A DNA stretch of 64,000 bases from an uncultured bacterium (GTDB taxonomy: Bacteria > Verrucomicrobiota > Verrucomicrobiia > Limisphaerales > UBA8199): positions 160,001 to 224,000 of the forward strand of contig CAVVMW010000014.1 of the NCBI GenBank assembly GCA_963749495.1, given 5' to 3'. A model generated the notes under the pieces. That model was not told the DNA's origin and did no database searches. It saw only the letters and a program-made list of their open reading frames with translations. Shown here one piece after another: positions 28,301 through 37,705 of this stretch. Each line of letters begins with the position of its first letter. Positions within the stretch are counted from its first letter, which is position 1. Position numbers and translations under genes: made by a program.

Positions 28301-30621
28301 CATCTGGCGCACGACCGATGACATCGTGAACTACATGGGGACCAACAACACAATCAACCCCCAGGAACAGGCCATCATCCAGGACTACCTCAACGCGGGC
28401 GGCTCCTTCTTCATGGCCTCGATGGGCATCCTCAGCCAGTTGGGCAACGTGCCCTTCCGCCGGGCTGTCCTCCAGGTGGGCGGTTTCAAGCTCAATCCGG
28501 ACCCGCCTTCCCCTTGCACGGATTGCGACGAGGATTTCGGCGTGCCGTCCGTCCTGGGCGCGCCGGGCGACCCCGTCACCGGCGCCATGAGCATCGTGCT
28601 CGATTACGCCAATTACCCGTCGTTCAATCTCGACTTCGGCTTGGGCGACTCCACGGTTTACGGGCCGGATTTCTCGGATACCTTCACCCCCACCACTAAT
28701 GCCACGCCCATATTCTTCGAAACGGTCTCTGGAAAACCCTGCGGCGTCCGCTACCCCCGCATCGGCCTGGACAGCCCCGGCCGCGTGGTCTTCCTCTCGT
28801 TCCCCTTGGACGCCATCCCGGCCGCCGGCGCCGCGCCCGACAATGAAACCGTCCTGCTGCGCAACGCCCTCAATTTCCTGTTGCCCGGCGCCAACGGCGC
28901 CGGCTCCATCGCCCTCGAACACAACCTCTATTCCATCCCCGACCAGGTCGTGGTCGAGGTGGGCGACTCCGACCTGGCCGGGACCGGCTCCGCCCAGGTC
29001 AGCTTCTCGACCAGTTCATCCACCAACCGGGCCACGGTGACCGTGAGCGAAACGACGCGCCCCGGCTTGTTCCGGGGCTACCTGGTGCTGGTGGCCACCA
29101 ATTCGCCCGCCGTGACCAACCGGTTGGCCGTGCGCAACGGCGACACGATCACCGCCGCCTATTTCGACGCCTCGAACAACCGAAGCGTTATCGCGACGGC
29201 CCAAATCAATACCGTGCCGCCCGTCATTAGCCAGGTCGGCGCCGTCACCCATTATGGGGACGCCCTGGTCAGTTGGACCACCTCCAAGCCGGCCGATTCC
29301 CTCGTGCAGTACGGGGCGTCCATCCCGCTCGACCGCACGGCCTACTCGGCAAACTCGGTCACCAACCATGCCGTCTCGGTCACGGGCCTGCTCCCCAACC
29401 ACCTCTATCACTACCAGGTCGTCAGCCGCGATGACGCGGGCAACACCGCGCTCGATGATAACCAGGGCGCCTTTTACACCTTGACCACCCTCAAGGCGCC
29501 GCGCCCGCCCTGGTCGGACGACCTGGAGACCGGCGCCCCCGGTTGGACCGTCCTGCCCGACCCCATGGGCACCGAGGTCAATTGGACACTCGGCACCCCC
29601 AACAATGGTCTCCAGACCCAAGCCCATTCCGGCACCAATTGCTGGGGCAGCAATCTCTACGGACAGCCCGTCAGTCTGCTGGCCGCCAGCCTCTTGATTA
29701 GCCCCATCATCGATCTCTCCGGGTTTAGCCAGGCAACCCTCACCTTCTGGGATTGTTTCGATTTCAGCGGCGGAACTCGAGGAAGGCCAGGTCATGATCA
29801 GCACCAACTCCTCCGCCGACGCCGCTGCGCTCGTGAACCTGCCCGCATTGTTTGACTTCAGCGGCCTCTCGGCCACGGACTGGCAGCAGGAGACCCTCGA
29901 CCTGACCCCTTACGTCGGACAAAGCATCCAGGTGGTCTGGTATTACATCGGCGTTGCCATCGGCACCACCGTCCAGGGGTGGCTGGTCAATGATGTCGCC
30001 ATCACCGGCCTGGCCTTCGGACAAGGAGGCACTCTGATGGTGGCGAAGAACCTCGCCCAGGGAACCTACAACATTACCGGCCCGGCCAACTACTCCGGTT
30101 CCTATATCCTGACCACCATCACTAACGCCCCCCCCGGCCAGTACACCGTCGATTTCACCGATGTCGCCTTCTATCAAACCCCGCCCCCTCAAACCAACAC
30201 CCTGGCCAGCGGTGACACCATCACCTTTGCGGGCAATTACTCCTTCATCGATGTAAACCAAAATGGGATTTCTGACGCGTGGGAAAAGTACTACTTTGGC
30301 GTGGTGTCCACGAATCGAACGCAGCACACGGACACCGATGGCAACGGGATGTCGGACTACGCCAAGTTCGTGGCCCGCATCAACCCGACCAACCCGGCCT
30401 CCAAGTTCATCATCCTCTCGGCCGCGCTGGCTACCAACCAGCTCCTTCGGCTCGAATGGTCCACGATTCCACCCCGGATCTACCAGGTCCAGGCCTCCAC
30501 GGACCTCAAGACCTGGACCCCGGTCAGTGACTGGCTCCAGGCCTCGGTCAGTCCCATGTCGTACACCGTCACCAACTCCGCCAGTCGCTCCCAGTCCTAC
30601 CGCATCCAGGTCCAGCCGTGA
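25397..30621 (+). CDS. S8 subtilase with Fn3-like and further extracellular domains; two apparent single-base frameshifts (~27733, ~29774)
   Basis: Catalytic triad DTG, HGTHCAG, GTSMS; FSSRGP...RIKPDVVAPG. ORFs 25397-27754, 27825-29855 and 29794-30621 join when one base is removed at each site. Confidence 0.85.
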
Positions 30622-30623
30622 AG

Positions 30624-30966
30624 CCGGGGACGAGGGTCGAGGGGCGAGGGGCGAGGGAGTGCAGGGGGATTACCCGCCTGACGCGTCGGACGTGTCCGAC
30701 CGGTCGGACATGTGCCCGTGCGAAGAGGGGCCGCCTCTCGGCTATTGGCTCTCGGCTCTCGGCTATTGGCTATCGGCCCAAGCATGACCTGTACAGAAGG
30801 ATCACCCCTCGCCCCTCGCCCCTCGTCCCTCGCCCTCGTCCCTCGCCCCTCGTCCCTCGCCCTCGTCCCTCGCCCTCGTCCCTCGCCCCTCGTCCCTCGC
30901 CCTCGTCCCTCGCCCCTCGTCCCTCGCCCCTCGTCCCTCGTCCCTCGTCCCTCGTCCCTCGTCCCC
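30624..30966. repeat. Cluster of heptamer/nonamer repeats: (GGGGCGA), (GTCGGAC), (TCGGCTA/TTGGCTC), long (CCCTCGY)n
   Basis: Seen directly; the first and last blocks are reverse complements. Confidence 0.9.
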
Positions 30967-31069
30967 CGCCTAAAGCCGCGCCCGGTTCTGCCGATACATT
31001 GTCCAGGGCGGGGCTGCGCTGCCTCCTGCACGAGACTGCCCGGCCAAAACCAGGTGATAGCGCGCAGAC

Positions 31070-31447
31070 ATGCCATACGTTAAACTTGAATCGCTGCAGG
31101 AAGGGATGATCGTCTTGGACAACGTCCGGAACCTGGACAACATGCTCCTGATTCCAGCCGGGTGCGCCCTGAGCGAGCGGCACATCAACATCCTGAACGC
31201 ATGGGGCGTTGCGGAAATCCAGGTCCAGGAGTGCGGGGACGCCGAGGACTCGGCAGCCGGCCTTGAGCAATTGCCGGCAGAGGCACTCGAGCAACTCACC
31301 CGCGAGTTGCAGGCGCTCTTTTGGGAACCGCCTGAACAGTCGCCGGTGCAGCAGGAAATCTTCAACCTGGTCCTGCGCCGCCGGGTCAAACTGGCCTTGC
31401 GGGGCTGCCCTGCAAACGGTGTTTCAACCACCGGCGAACACGGATAG
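31070..31447 (+). CDS. Hypothetical protein resembling the N-terminal region of HD-GYP/HDOD-associated proteins
   Basis: LQEGMIVLDNV...LLIPAGCALSERHINILNAWGVAEI; upstream of an HDOD gene. Confidence 0.7.
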   Translation: MPYVKLESLQEGMIVLDNVRNLDNMLLIPAGCALSERHINILNAWGVAEIQVQECGDAEDSAAGLEQLPAEALEQLTRELQALFWEPPEQSPVQQEIFNLVLRRRVKLALRGCPANGVSTTGEHG

Positions 31448-31518
31448 AAAGGCACCTGTGAGAGCCACCACAAAAAGGCGGCCCATGTTGCAGGACAACT
31501 TGGGGACGGCGCAGTAAC

Positions 31519-32457
31519 ATGACTCCGACGATGTTCGATCTGGTCAATGGGATTCCCAGCCTGGGGTCCTATGCCCGGGTGTTCGCCGAGATCGAGGCGG
31601 TCATGAGCCACGCCAACAGCACCCTGGCCGATTTGGGCGAGGTCATCGAGAAGGACCCGGACATGACGGCCCGGCTTTTGAAACTGGCCAACAGCAGCTT
31701 TTTCGGCTTTCCCAGCCGCCTGGAGACCGTTGCCGAGGCCGTGAGCGTCATCGGCATCCACCCGGTGCAGGACCTAATCCTGGCCTCGAGCGTTGTGGAA
31801 TGGTTCGAGGGCATCGGGGCGGACCTGGCGGACATGGAATCGTTTTGGAGACACTCGCTGGCGTGCGGGATCGGGGCGCGGTGCCTGGCGGTTGCCCGGC
31901 AAATGCCCAAGGCCGAGAAGTTCTTTGTGTTGGGCCTGTTGCACGACTTGGGGCGGCTGGTCCTTTATTGCCGCGCCCCGGACCAGGCGGTCAAGATCTT
32001 CCGGCTCTACGAGGGCCGGAGGATGCTCTTGCGGGAGGCGGAAGTCAAGGTCCTGGGCTTCGATCACGCCCAGATCGGTGAAGAGGTGTTGCGCGCCTGG
32101 CGCTACCCGGCCAACCTGGTCAACGCCGTGGCCTATCACCACCATCCCCTGTCCGCCGGCGTTTACCAGTTGGAGAGTTCATTGATCCACCTGGCCGATT
32201 ACCTGGTTCATGCGATGCAGATGGGCCACTCCGGCGAGCAATTCGTGCCCCCGCTCGACCCCAAGGCCTGGGAGCGCGTTGGCCTGGCCACCAGCATCCT
32301 CGAATCGGTCGTGCGCTCCGTTGACGAGCAGATTGAAGTCGTGCAGCAGAGCTTCCTCGATGCGCCCGAGCGGGACGCGCCCGGCCCATCTCCAAAACCG
32401 GCGCCGCCCGCTCAAGGACCGGGCAATCCCGCGGGGAAGGCGGCGGTGCCAGGGTGA
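31519..32457 (+). CDS. HDOD domain protein
   Basis: IEKDPDMTARLLKLANSSFFG, FWRHSLAC, GLLHDLG, DHAQIG, HHHP. Confidence 0.92.
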   Translation: MTPTMFDLVNGIPSLGSYARVFAEIEAVMSHANSTLADLGEVIEKDPDMTARLLKLANSSFFGFPSRLETVAEAVSVIGIHPVQDLILASSVVEWFEGIGADLADMESFWRHSLACGIGARCLAVARQMPKAEKFFVLGLLHDLGRLVLYCRAPDQAVKIFRLYEGRRMLLREAEVKVLGFDHAQIGEEVLRAWRYPANLVNAVAYHHHPLSAGVYQLESSLIHLADYLVHAMQMGHSGEQFVPPLDPKAWERVGLATSILESVVRSVDEQIEVVQQSFLDAPERDAPGPSPKPAPPAQGPGNPAGKAAVPG

Positions 32458-33608
32458 ACTACGACCCCATCTATCCCGATTTCTTCCGCACCGGCGTCAA
32501 CCGGCTCCAAAAACAGGGGGCCTGGGGCGGCGACTTCCAGGGCCTCTTCGCCGCCCTCGAGCATTTCCGCCGTGACCTGGCCGGCCAGCGCGATGTCAAG
32601 ACCATCCTCCAGATGACCCAATCCTATGTCCTGGGGCTGGACCTCTTCCACACCGTCGGCTTCTTCCTCGTCAACCCTCAGACCCTCGATTTCGAGATGG
32701 CTCATTGCGCCCCGCAGGAGCAATCTGGCGCCATGGACCAACTGGTCCGCCAGGAGATCAGGTCCGGCCGTTTCGCCTGGGCCCTGCGCCAAAACCGGCC
32801 TGTCTTTTTCAATCGGCCCGGCCAGGCCGGCGCCGTCCCCACACGCGGGGTCTTTCACACCCTGGGTGTCGCCACACACCGGTTGGGCATGTTCTGCGGC
32901 CTCTTGGAACGAGAACGCGTCCCAAGCCAGGAAGTCACCTTCAGCCTCCTCTCCATCCTCCTGGGCGCCAGCTCCGATGCCCTGGGCGTCCTGCGCACCA
33001 CCGACGAACTCCAGCACAAGATCCTCGCCGCCCACAATCACCTCCAGCAGGCCCTCACCGAAAACAAGGTCCTCGCCCGCATCCCGGCCGAAAGCCCCAA
33101 CCCGGTCCTGCGCCTCCACAGCACCGGCCGCGTCCTTTACAGCAACCACACCGGCGCCCAGGTCCTCCATGCCCTCGGCTGCAGCGTCGGCAACCTCATC
33201 TCCGGCCACTGGCTGGAGCTCCTCGCCAAATCTTTCGAGCACCGCGTCCGCCACGAGTTCGAAGCCCCCTTCGGCGGGCGCATCTATGCCTTCCTCATCG
33301 TCCCGGTCCCCGAGGCCGGCTACGCCAATTTCTACGGGACCGACATCACCGCCCGCAAAGTGGCCGAGCACGAGCGCGAATCCCTCATCGCCAAACTCCA
33401 GGACGCCCTCGCCAAGGTCAAGACCCTCAGCGGCCTGGTTCCAATCTGCGCCTGGTGCAAAAAAATCCGCGACAACCAGGGCTTCTGGAAACAGGTCGAG
33501 GTCTTCGTCCAGAGCCACTCCGATGCCGTTTTCACCCACGCCGTCTGCCCCGAGTGCATGAGCAAAATCACCGCCGGCGCGCATCCCGCACCCGACAAGG
33601 CCTATTGA
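32454..33608 (+). CDS. Sensor-like protein (GAF-like + PAS) with a C-terminal Cys-rich tail
   Basis: IPAESPNPVLR...YGTDITARK PAS/PAC; LSGLVPICAWCKKIRD...FTHAVCPEC. Confidence 0.75.
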   Translation: MNYDPIYPDFFRTGVNRLQKQGAWGGDFQGLFAALEHFRRDLAGQRDVKTILQMTQSYVLGLDLFHTVGFFLVNPQTLDFEMAHCAPQEQSGAMDQLVRQEIRSGRFAWALRQNRPVFFNRPGQAGAVPTRGVFHTLGVATHRLGMFCGLLERERVPSQEVTFSLLSILLGASSDALGVLRTTDELQHKILAAHNHLQQALTENKVLARIPAESPNPVLRLHSTGRVLYSNHTGAQVLHALGCSVGNLISGHWLELLAKSFEHRVRHEFEAPFGGRIYAFLIVPVPEAGYANFYGTDITARKVAEHERESLIAKLQDALAKVKTLSGLVPICAWCKKIRDNQGFWKQVEVFVQSHSDAVFTHAVCPECMSKITAGAHPAPDKAY

Positions 33609-33719
33609 ATCAACAGGGCTTTGCTGCTCCCTCTCCCCGTCGGACGGGCAGAGGGCCGGGGTGCGGGGTCCGCGGGGGACTGTCTCCGCCTTCGCTGGGG
33701 CCTTACAGTGGATCAGGGC

Positions 33720-33779
33720 GATTGACAAAGTCGCTCCGCGCGCCTGTGCGGCAGGGGCGCCAGCGTAGCGCAGGTTTCC
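33720..33779. repeat. Left half of a family A REP, interrupted by the LSR element
   Basis: ttgacaaagtcgctc...gtagcgcaggtttcc matches 25135-25191. Confidence 0.9.
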
Positions 33780-33789
33780 GACGGTGGTT

Positions 33790-35886
33790 TCATACTACAC
33801 CTGGTGCAATTTCGTTTAGGGCTTGCCGGCTTTTTGATTTGGCGATCCGCTTGGAGTTGGCCACCCAAGCCCGCAACGCCTGCTCTTGTTGGGCCGTCAA
33901 CGCGATCCACATCCGGCCGTCGGGTCGCGCTCTTCGAGCTGTCACCAGTCCGTTCTTGAGCCAATAGTGAACCACGTATTGGCTAACGGCAAACTTTTGG
34001 CTCAGTTGCTGCACCGTCAACTCGCCGGGTTGTTGCAGCACTGGGGCCGGAATGTGGTGCTTGCACCGAATCCAGGCGACCATACTGACGGTAAAAGCTC
34101 GGCCTTTGGCGCTTCGGAGGCCTTCCTGGTTCAGGGTGAGGGCAATCTGGCGGTCGGTCTGTTGCTGGGCGAGTTGCCGCACTTTGCTCACGAGGGCCTC
34201 CGTGTAGCGCCAGCGGTCGGCAGCGTTAAGCGGCAGCTCGACCACGAGGTCCTCGGTGGCCTCTCCTTGCCAGCGCAAATGCAAGATCGCCTGGTGCGTT
34301 GCCGACCGCTTTTCCAGTGTAATATCCTTGAGCAGCAGCCGCAAAATGCACTTGCGCTGCTTGGCGGTCGTGGTGGCCGCTTGCCAGAGCCGCGGCAGGT
34401 CCTCGGCCAGCAATCGTACTTGGGCCTGTTGCTCCGCCGACAAGGGCGGGGTTTGCTTTTCCTGATATTGCCGGTATTGCTGGCGCAACCCTTCGAGTTG
34501 CTGCAAGGCGTGTTCCCAACGTTGTTCGAGCGTCGCTGCTACCAGACGGTTGGCCGGATCAACTTCCTCGAAGCGCCGTTGGGCCAACTGCCCTTCATAC
34601 TCGGCTCGCTGGATTCTGAGCTGCCATTGATGCTCCAACGCCTGGTCGCGCTGTTCGACCTCCGCCACGGCAGCCAAGGCGATTTCCACCTGCGCCGGCA
34701 CCAGCGCCGACAAGATCCGCCGGGCAACGGCTTCATCCAGCAGGTCGCCACGAACCGACCAGCAGCCTTTGCCTGCCAGTTCTCGCCGCCGCCAGTTGCA
34801 TTCATACCAAACCAGGCAACCGCCCTGTCCCACGTAACGCGGGGAGAGCCGGTGCCCGCACTGACCACAGACCAGCAGACCTTGCAGCAGCGCCGGCCCT
34901 TCGCGCGCCGCCGAACCGGCGGCGCCAGGGCAAGCGTTGGTTTGGTTCTGCGCCAGCCGCTGCTGGTTGGCCAGATATTCCTCCCAGGGGATGTAGCCCG
35001 GATGTTGGTTGGGCAGGTTCACTTGCCACTCGGCCAAAGGCATAGAGCGGACGGTATTGTGCATCTGGCCAGTGGGCGAGAAGTTTTTGCAGGTTCGCCG
35101 CCGACCGAATACATAGGCCCCGGCGTAAGCCGGGTTGCGCAATAGACTCAGGACGCGGCCATGGTTCAAGCGGCCCCACCGCAACTGCCCGTTCCAGACT
35201 CCACCGTAGCTGCGCTTGGGGAAGAGCAACTGGTGCTTGGCAAAATGCTGCACCACTCCGTAAGCGCTGGCGGTTTGCCCAAAGCTGCTGAAGACCAGGC
35301 GCACGGCGCCCTGCACCTCCTGGTCCGGGTCTAAAACGATGCCCTCGGCCTCGGCATAAACAAAGCCCACCGGCAGGGGAAAACGCAGTTGGCCTTTGCG
35401 CGCTTTGTTGAGCTTGCCGCCCTGGAGGCGGACGCGCAAGAAGTGCAGTTCGGCCTGGGACATCGTACCCTTGAGTCCCAAGAGCAAGCGGTCGTTGAAA
35501 TCCCCGGGGTTGTAAGCGCCGTCTTCGTCAATGAGCAACGTGCCCGTCCACCCACACAAGTCCACTAGCCGATGCCAGTCCAGATCCGAGCGCGACAGGC
35601 GGGAGGCCTCCAGGGCGAGAACCGCGCCCACCTTCTGTAAGGAGACCAGCGACACCACTCGTTGGAAATCCGGTCGGTTGGCCATCTGGCTGCCCAAGAT
35701 CCCCAGGTCGCCGTCCAGAGTGAGTATCCGCTCCGGCGGCCAGCCCAGTTGAAGGGCCTTGTCCCGGAGCGCGTATTGGCGCTCGGTGCTCTCCCGGTGC
35801 TGGCGCACTTGGTTGAGGGTCAACTGGCGCAGGTAAATGCAGGCCAGTTTTTGGCGATGAGTTTCCTGGACCAACTCGGTGTTCAT
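33790..35886 (-). CDS. Large serine recombinase (resolvase + recombinase + Zn-ribbon, extended C-terminus)
   Basis: EASRLSR, DRLLLGLKGTMSQAEL, LRNPAYAGAYVFG, LLQGLLVCGQCG, VDPANRLVA; the expected catalytic Ser reads Leu (YLRQLT). Confidence 0.93.
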   Translation of the reverse strand: MNTELVQETHRQKLACIYLRQLTLNQVRQHRESTERQYALRDKALQLGWPPERILTLDGDLGILGSQMANRPDFQRVVSLVSLQKVGAVLALEASRLSRSDLDWHRLVDLCGWTGTLLIDEDGAYNPGDFNDRLLLGLKGTMSQAELHFLRVRLQGGKLNKARKGQLRFPLPVGFVYAEAEGIVLDPDQEVQGAVRLVFSSFGQTASAYGVVQHFAKHQLLFPKRSYGGVWNGQLRWGRLNHGRVLSLLRNPAYAGAYVFGRRRTCKNFSPTGQMHNTVRSMPLAEWQVNLPNQHPGYIPWEEYLANQQRLAQNQTNACPGAAGSAAREGPALLQGLLVCGQCGHRLSPRYVGQGGCLVWYECNWRRRELAGKGCWSVRGDLLDEAVARRILSALVPAQVEIALAAVAEVEQRDQALEHQWQLRIQRAEYEGQLAQRRFEEVDPANRLVAATLEQRWEHALQQLEGLRQQYRQYQEKQTPPLSAEQQAQVRLLAEDLPRLWQAATTTAKQRKCILRLLLKDITLEKRSATHQAILHLRWQGEATEDLVVELPLNAADRWRYTEALVSKVRQLAQQQTDRQIALTLNQEGLRSAKGRAFTVSMVAWIRCKHHIPAPVLQQPGELTVQQLSQKFAVSQYVVHYWLKNGLVTARRARPDGRMWIALTAQQEQALRAWVANSKRIAKSKSRQALNEIAPGVV

Positions 35887-36013
35887 AAGCAGCGTTGGCC
35901 GCCCAAGGCGGCGGAGGCAAGGGTGCGCCAGCCCGACGGAACGCCTGGAGCATGGTGGCGACCACCTGCGCCACCGGCCGGGGATCGATCCGCAAGGCCG
36001 CCGGCTGCATCGC

Positions 36014-36346
36014 TCAGACCTTCTCCTGGCGGCGTAAGAGTTGGCGGTTGATGTCGCATATCTGTTCCAACAGATGGCGCACGTGCTGAAAGTTTTTTAT
36101 CAGGGCTTGGACCTGGGCGTGCTGCTGCTGAGAGAGGTATTGGAGTTGGGGACGGCCGTGGGGATAGCTGACCGACAAATAGTATTTGGGACCGTGACCG
36201 CGGCCGGAGGCGCAGTGGCAACCGGGCTTGCCGCAGGGCAGGTATCGCTCGATGAGCGAGCCGCGAACCACGCGCCGGGCCAAAGGAGGCAGGCGTTGGA
36301 TCAAGGCCTGGCGTTTGCGGCGCAGGCTGGCGATGGAAGCGGGCAT
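36014..36346 (-). CDS. DUF6788-like small Zn-binding protein
   Basis: RGSL...CGKPGCHC...GHGPKYYL motif, typical of mobile-element accessory proteins. Confidence 0.8.
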   Translation of the reverse strand: MPASIASLRRKRQALIQRLPPLARRVVRGSLIERYLPCGKPGCHCASGRGHGPKYYLSVSYPHGRPQLQYLSQQQHAQVQALIKNFQHVRHLLEQICDINRQLLRRQEKV

Positions 36347-36347
36347 G

Positions 36348-36405
36348 ATTATCAGAACAGTTAAATAACTGTTCTGATAATGGATCGGTCAAGGGCATCT
36401 GTCAA
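36348..36405 (-). promoter_or_regulatory. Sigma70-like promoter (TTGACA-17-CATTAT) overlapped by a 34-bp palindrome
   Basis: -35 at 36400-36405, -10 at 36377-36382; attatcagaacagtta-aa-taactgttctgataat at 36348-36381. Confidence 0.75.
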
Positions 36406-36718
36406 CTCCTTTCTGGTTCGAAGAGGCCGGCGGGCCGGACGCCTTCAACTGCCGCAGCAGTTGCACCAACTCCAGCAGTGCGGGCGCCGACAGCCGGCGC
36501 GCGGTCCCCGCGCTCGTCGGCACCGCCTTGTCGGTCCAGTCCTCCAAAATGGAAAAGGTGCCACCTTCTCCCCCCTCCAGAATCAGCGTGGCCTGACCGC
36601 GGTAGCGCCGGGCTTCGACCACCCGGAACCGCTCTCCGCGCCGGGGATGGAAGGGGTGGGTGATTACCGCCCATCCCAAAAGTTCACCTGCACCATGTGC
36701 AGTTCGCACTAACTGTCC
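36389..36718 (-). CDS. Y4bD/Y4pK (DUF5372)-like protein lacking its own ATG in the integrated state
   Basis: VITHPFHPRRGERF...FSILEDWTD...ALLELVQLL; the frame is open up to the element end. Confidence 0.7.
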   Translation of the reverse strand, partial: GQLVRTAHGAGELLGWAVITHPFHPRRGERFRVVEARRYRGQATLILEGGEGGTFSILEDWTDKAVPTSAGTARRLSAPALLELVQLLRQLKASGPPASSNQKGVDRCP

Positions 36719-36858
36719 CAAACCTGCTGTATCGCGGGTTTCCAAACCCGCAGGCCGTCCGCAAACCGGGCCCGTACCGATATGCCGACGCCCTGCCGAT
36801 TTGGAAATCGGCGATACGGCAGGTTTGGAAACCTGCGCTACGACTTTGTCAACGGCCC
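36718..36858. repeat. Right half of the interrupted family A REP
   Basis: ccaaacctgctgtatcgcgggtttccaaacccgc...gcaggtttggaaacctgcgctacgactttgtcaacggccc matches 25190-25330. Confidence 0.9.
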
Positions 36859-37136
36859 GTGCGGGGCTCGTTACTGCGTGAAAGCCGCCGGGAAAGCGGA
36901 CTCTCGGTTCGTCTGGCGCTCGCCCATCCGCTCCGTTTTCGTCGCTGGAGGCCACATGCGGTCTCTGCGCGAAGCCGGCGCGGGCCCCTCAGGAAGCGCC
37001 GGATTACCGGACACTCCAGGGGCTTCACGAGGCGGCAACGCCAGGCCGGAATCGCCAGGCATGCACGGTGCAGGGCAAACCAGGCGTAACATGCCCCTTG
37101 CCGGCACGCCCGAGGGCCTGGTCGCCAAACGCCCCT

Positions 37137-37316
37137 TCAATCCCTGCGGCTGGCCAGGAGATGGCCCACAATACACCCGACGATTGCCGACAGGGCGATC
37201 GTCGTCCATGCGTTGTCGCGGACGTAATTGTCGGCGGCACTGCCGACGGTGCGGGCGGTTTCAGTGGCGCGCTTTTGCCAATCCTGGAGTCGGTCGGTCA
37301 TTGTTCTCGTATTCAT
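37137..37316 (-). CDS. Small ElaB/YqjD (DUF883)-like membrane protein
   Basis: ADNYVRDNAWTTIALSAIVGCIVGHLLASRRD. Confidence 0.7.
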   Translation of the reverse strand: MNTRTMTDRLQDWQKRATETARTVGSAADNYVRDNAWTTIALSAIVGCIVGHLLASRRD

Positions 37317-37370
37317 GTGCAAAAATAGGTCGCTTGCCGCCCAGGACCAATGGGGCGGCGACCCCATGAC

Positions 37371-37575
37371 GGGGCCGTTGACACAGTTGCAGCGCAGGTT
37401 TTCAAACCTGCCGTATCGCCGATTTCCAAATCGGCAGGGTGTCGTCATACCGAGCGCGCCCGCGTTGCGGACGGCCTGGCGGTTTGGAAACCCGCGACAC
37501 AATCCCGATTGGGAATCGGGACGCTACGCTGGCACCCCTGGCGCACAGCCGCAGCGATCAACTTTGTCAACGGGC
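37371..37575. repeat. Diverged, inverted copy of REP family A
   Basis: gcgcaggttttcaaacctgccgtatcgccgatttccaaatcggcaggg...ctttgtcaa. Confidence 0.8.
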
Positions 37576-37705
37576 GCACCCATGAGGGGGCCGATTGGCC
37601 CGCCGAGGGTCAGCTTCCGAATTTTAGTGCATCTTTCCAGATTCCAGCCCATCATTATGCGACTCTTCGCGCATGACCGAATGCCCGGGAGCCCTCATAA
37701 AATCT

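Larger units (their letters stand above)
33780..36717 (-). mobile_element. Large serine recombinase element (recombinase + DUF6788-like + Y4bD/Y4pK-like)
   Basis: Removing 33780-36719 restores gcaggtttCCaaacctgc. CC core is present on both sides (33778-79, 36718-19); 29-bp imperfect inverted ends match at 20/29 positions. Confidence 0.9.

Noticed and set aside
30805..30966. ORFs spanning the (CCCTCGY)n tract
   Set aside because: Low-complexity translations of heptamer repeats
35528..36010. ORF starting between the DUF6788-like gene and the recombinase
   Set aside because: Mostly overlaps the recombinase in another frame and has no recognisable motif
36719..36955. Upstream start at 36955 for the Y4bD-like ORF
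   Set aside because: Lies outside the element and reads through REP sequence, so it is likely fortuitous; read-through expression cannot be fully excluded
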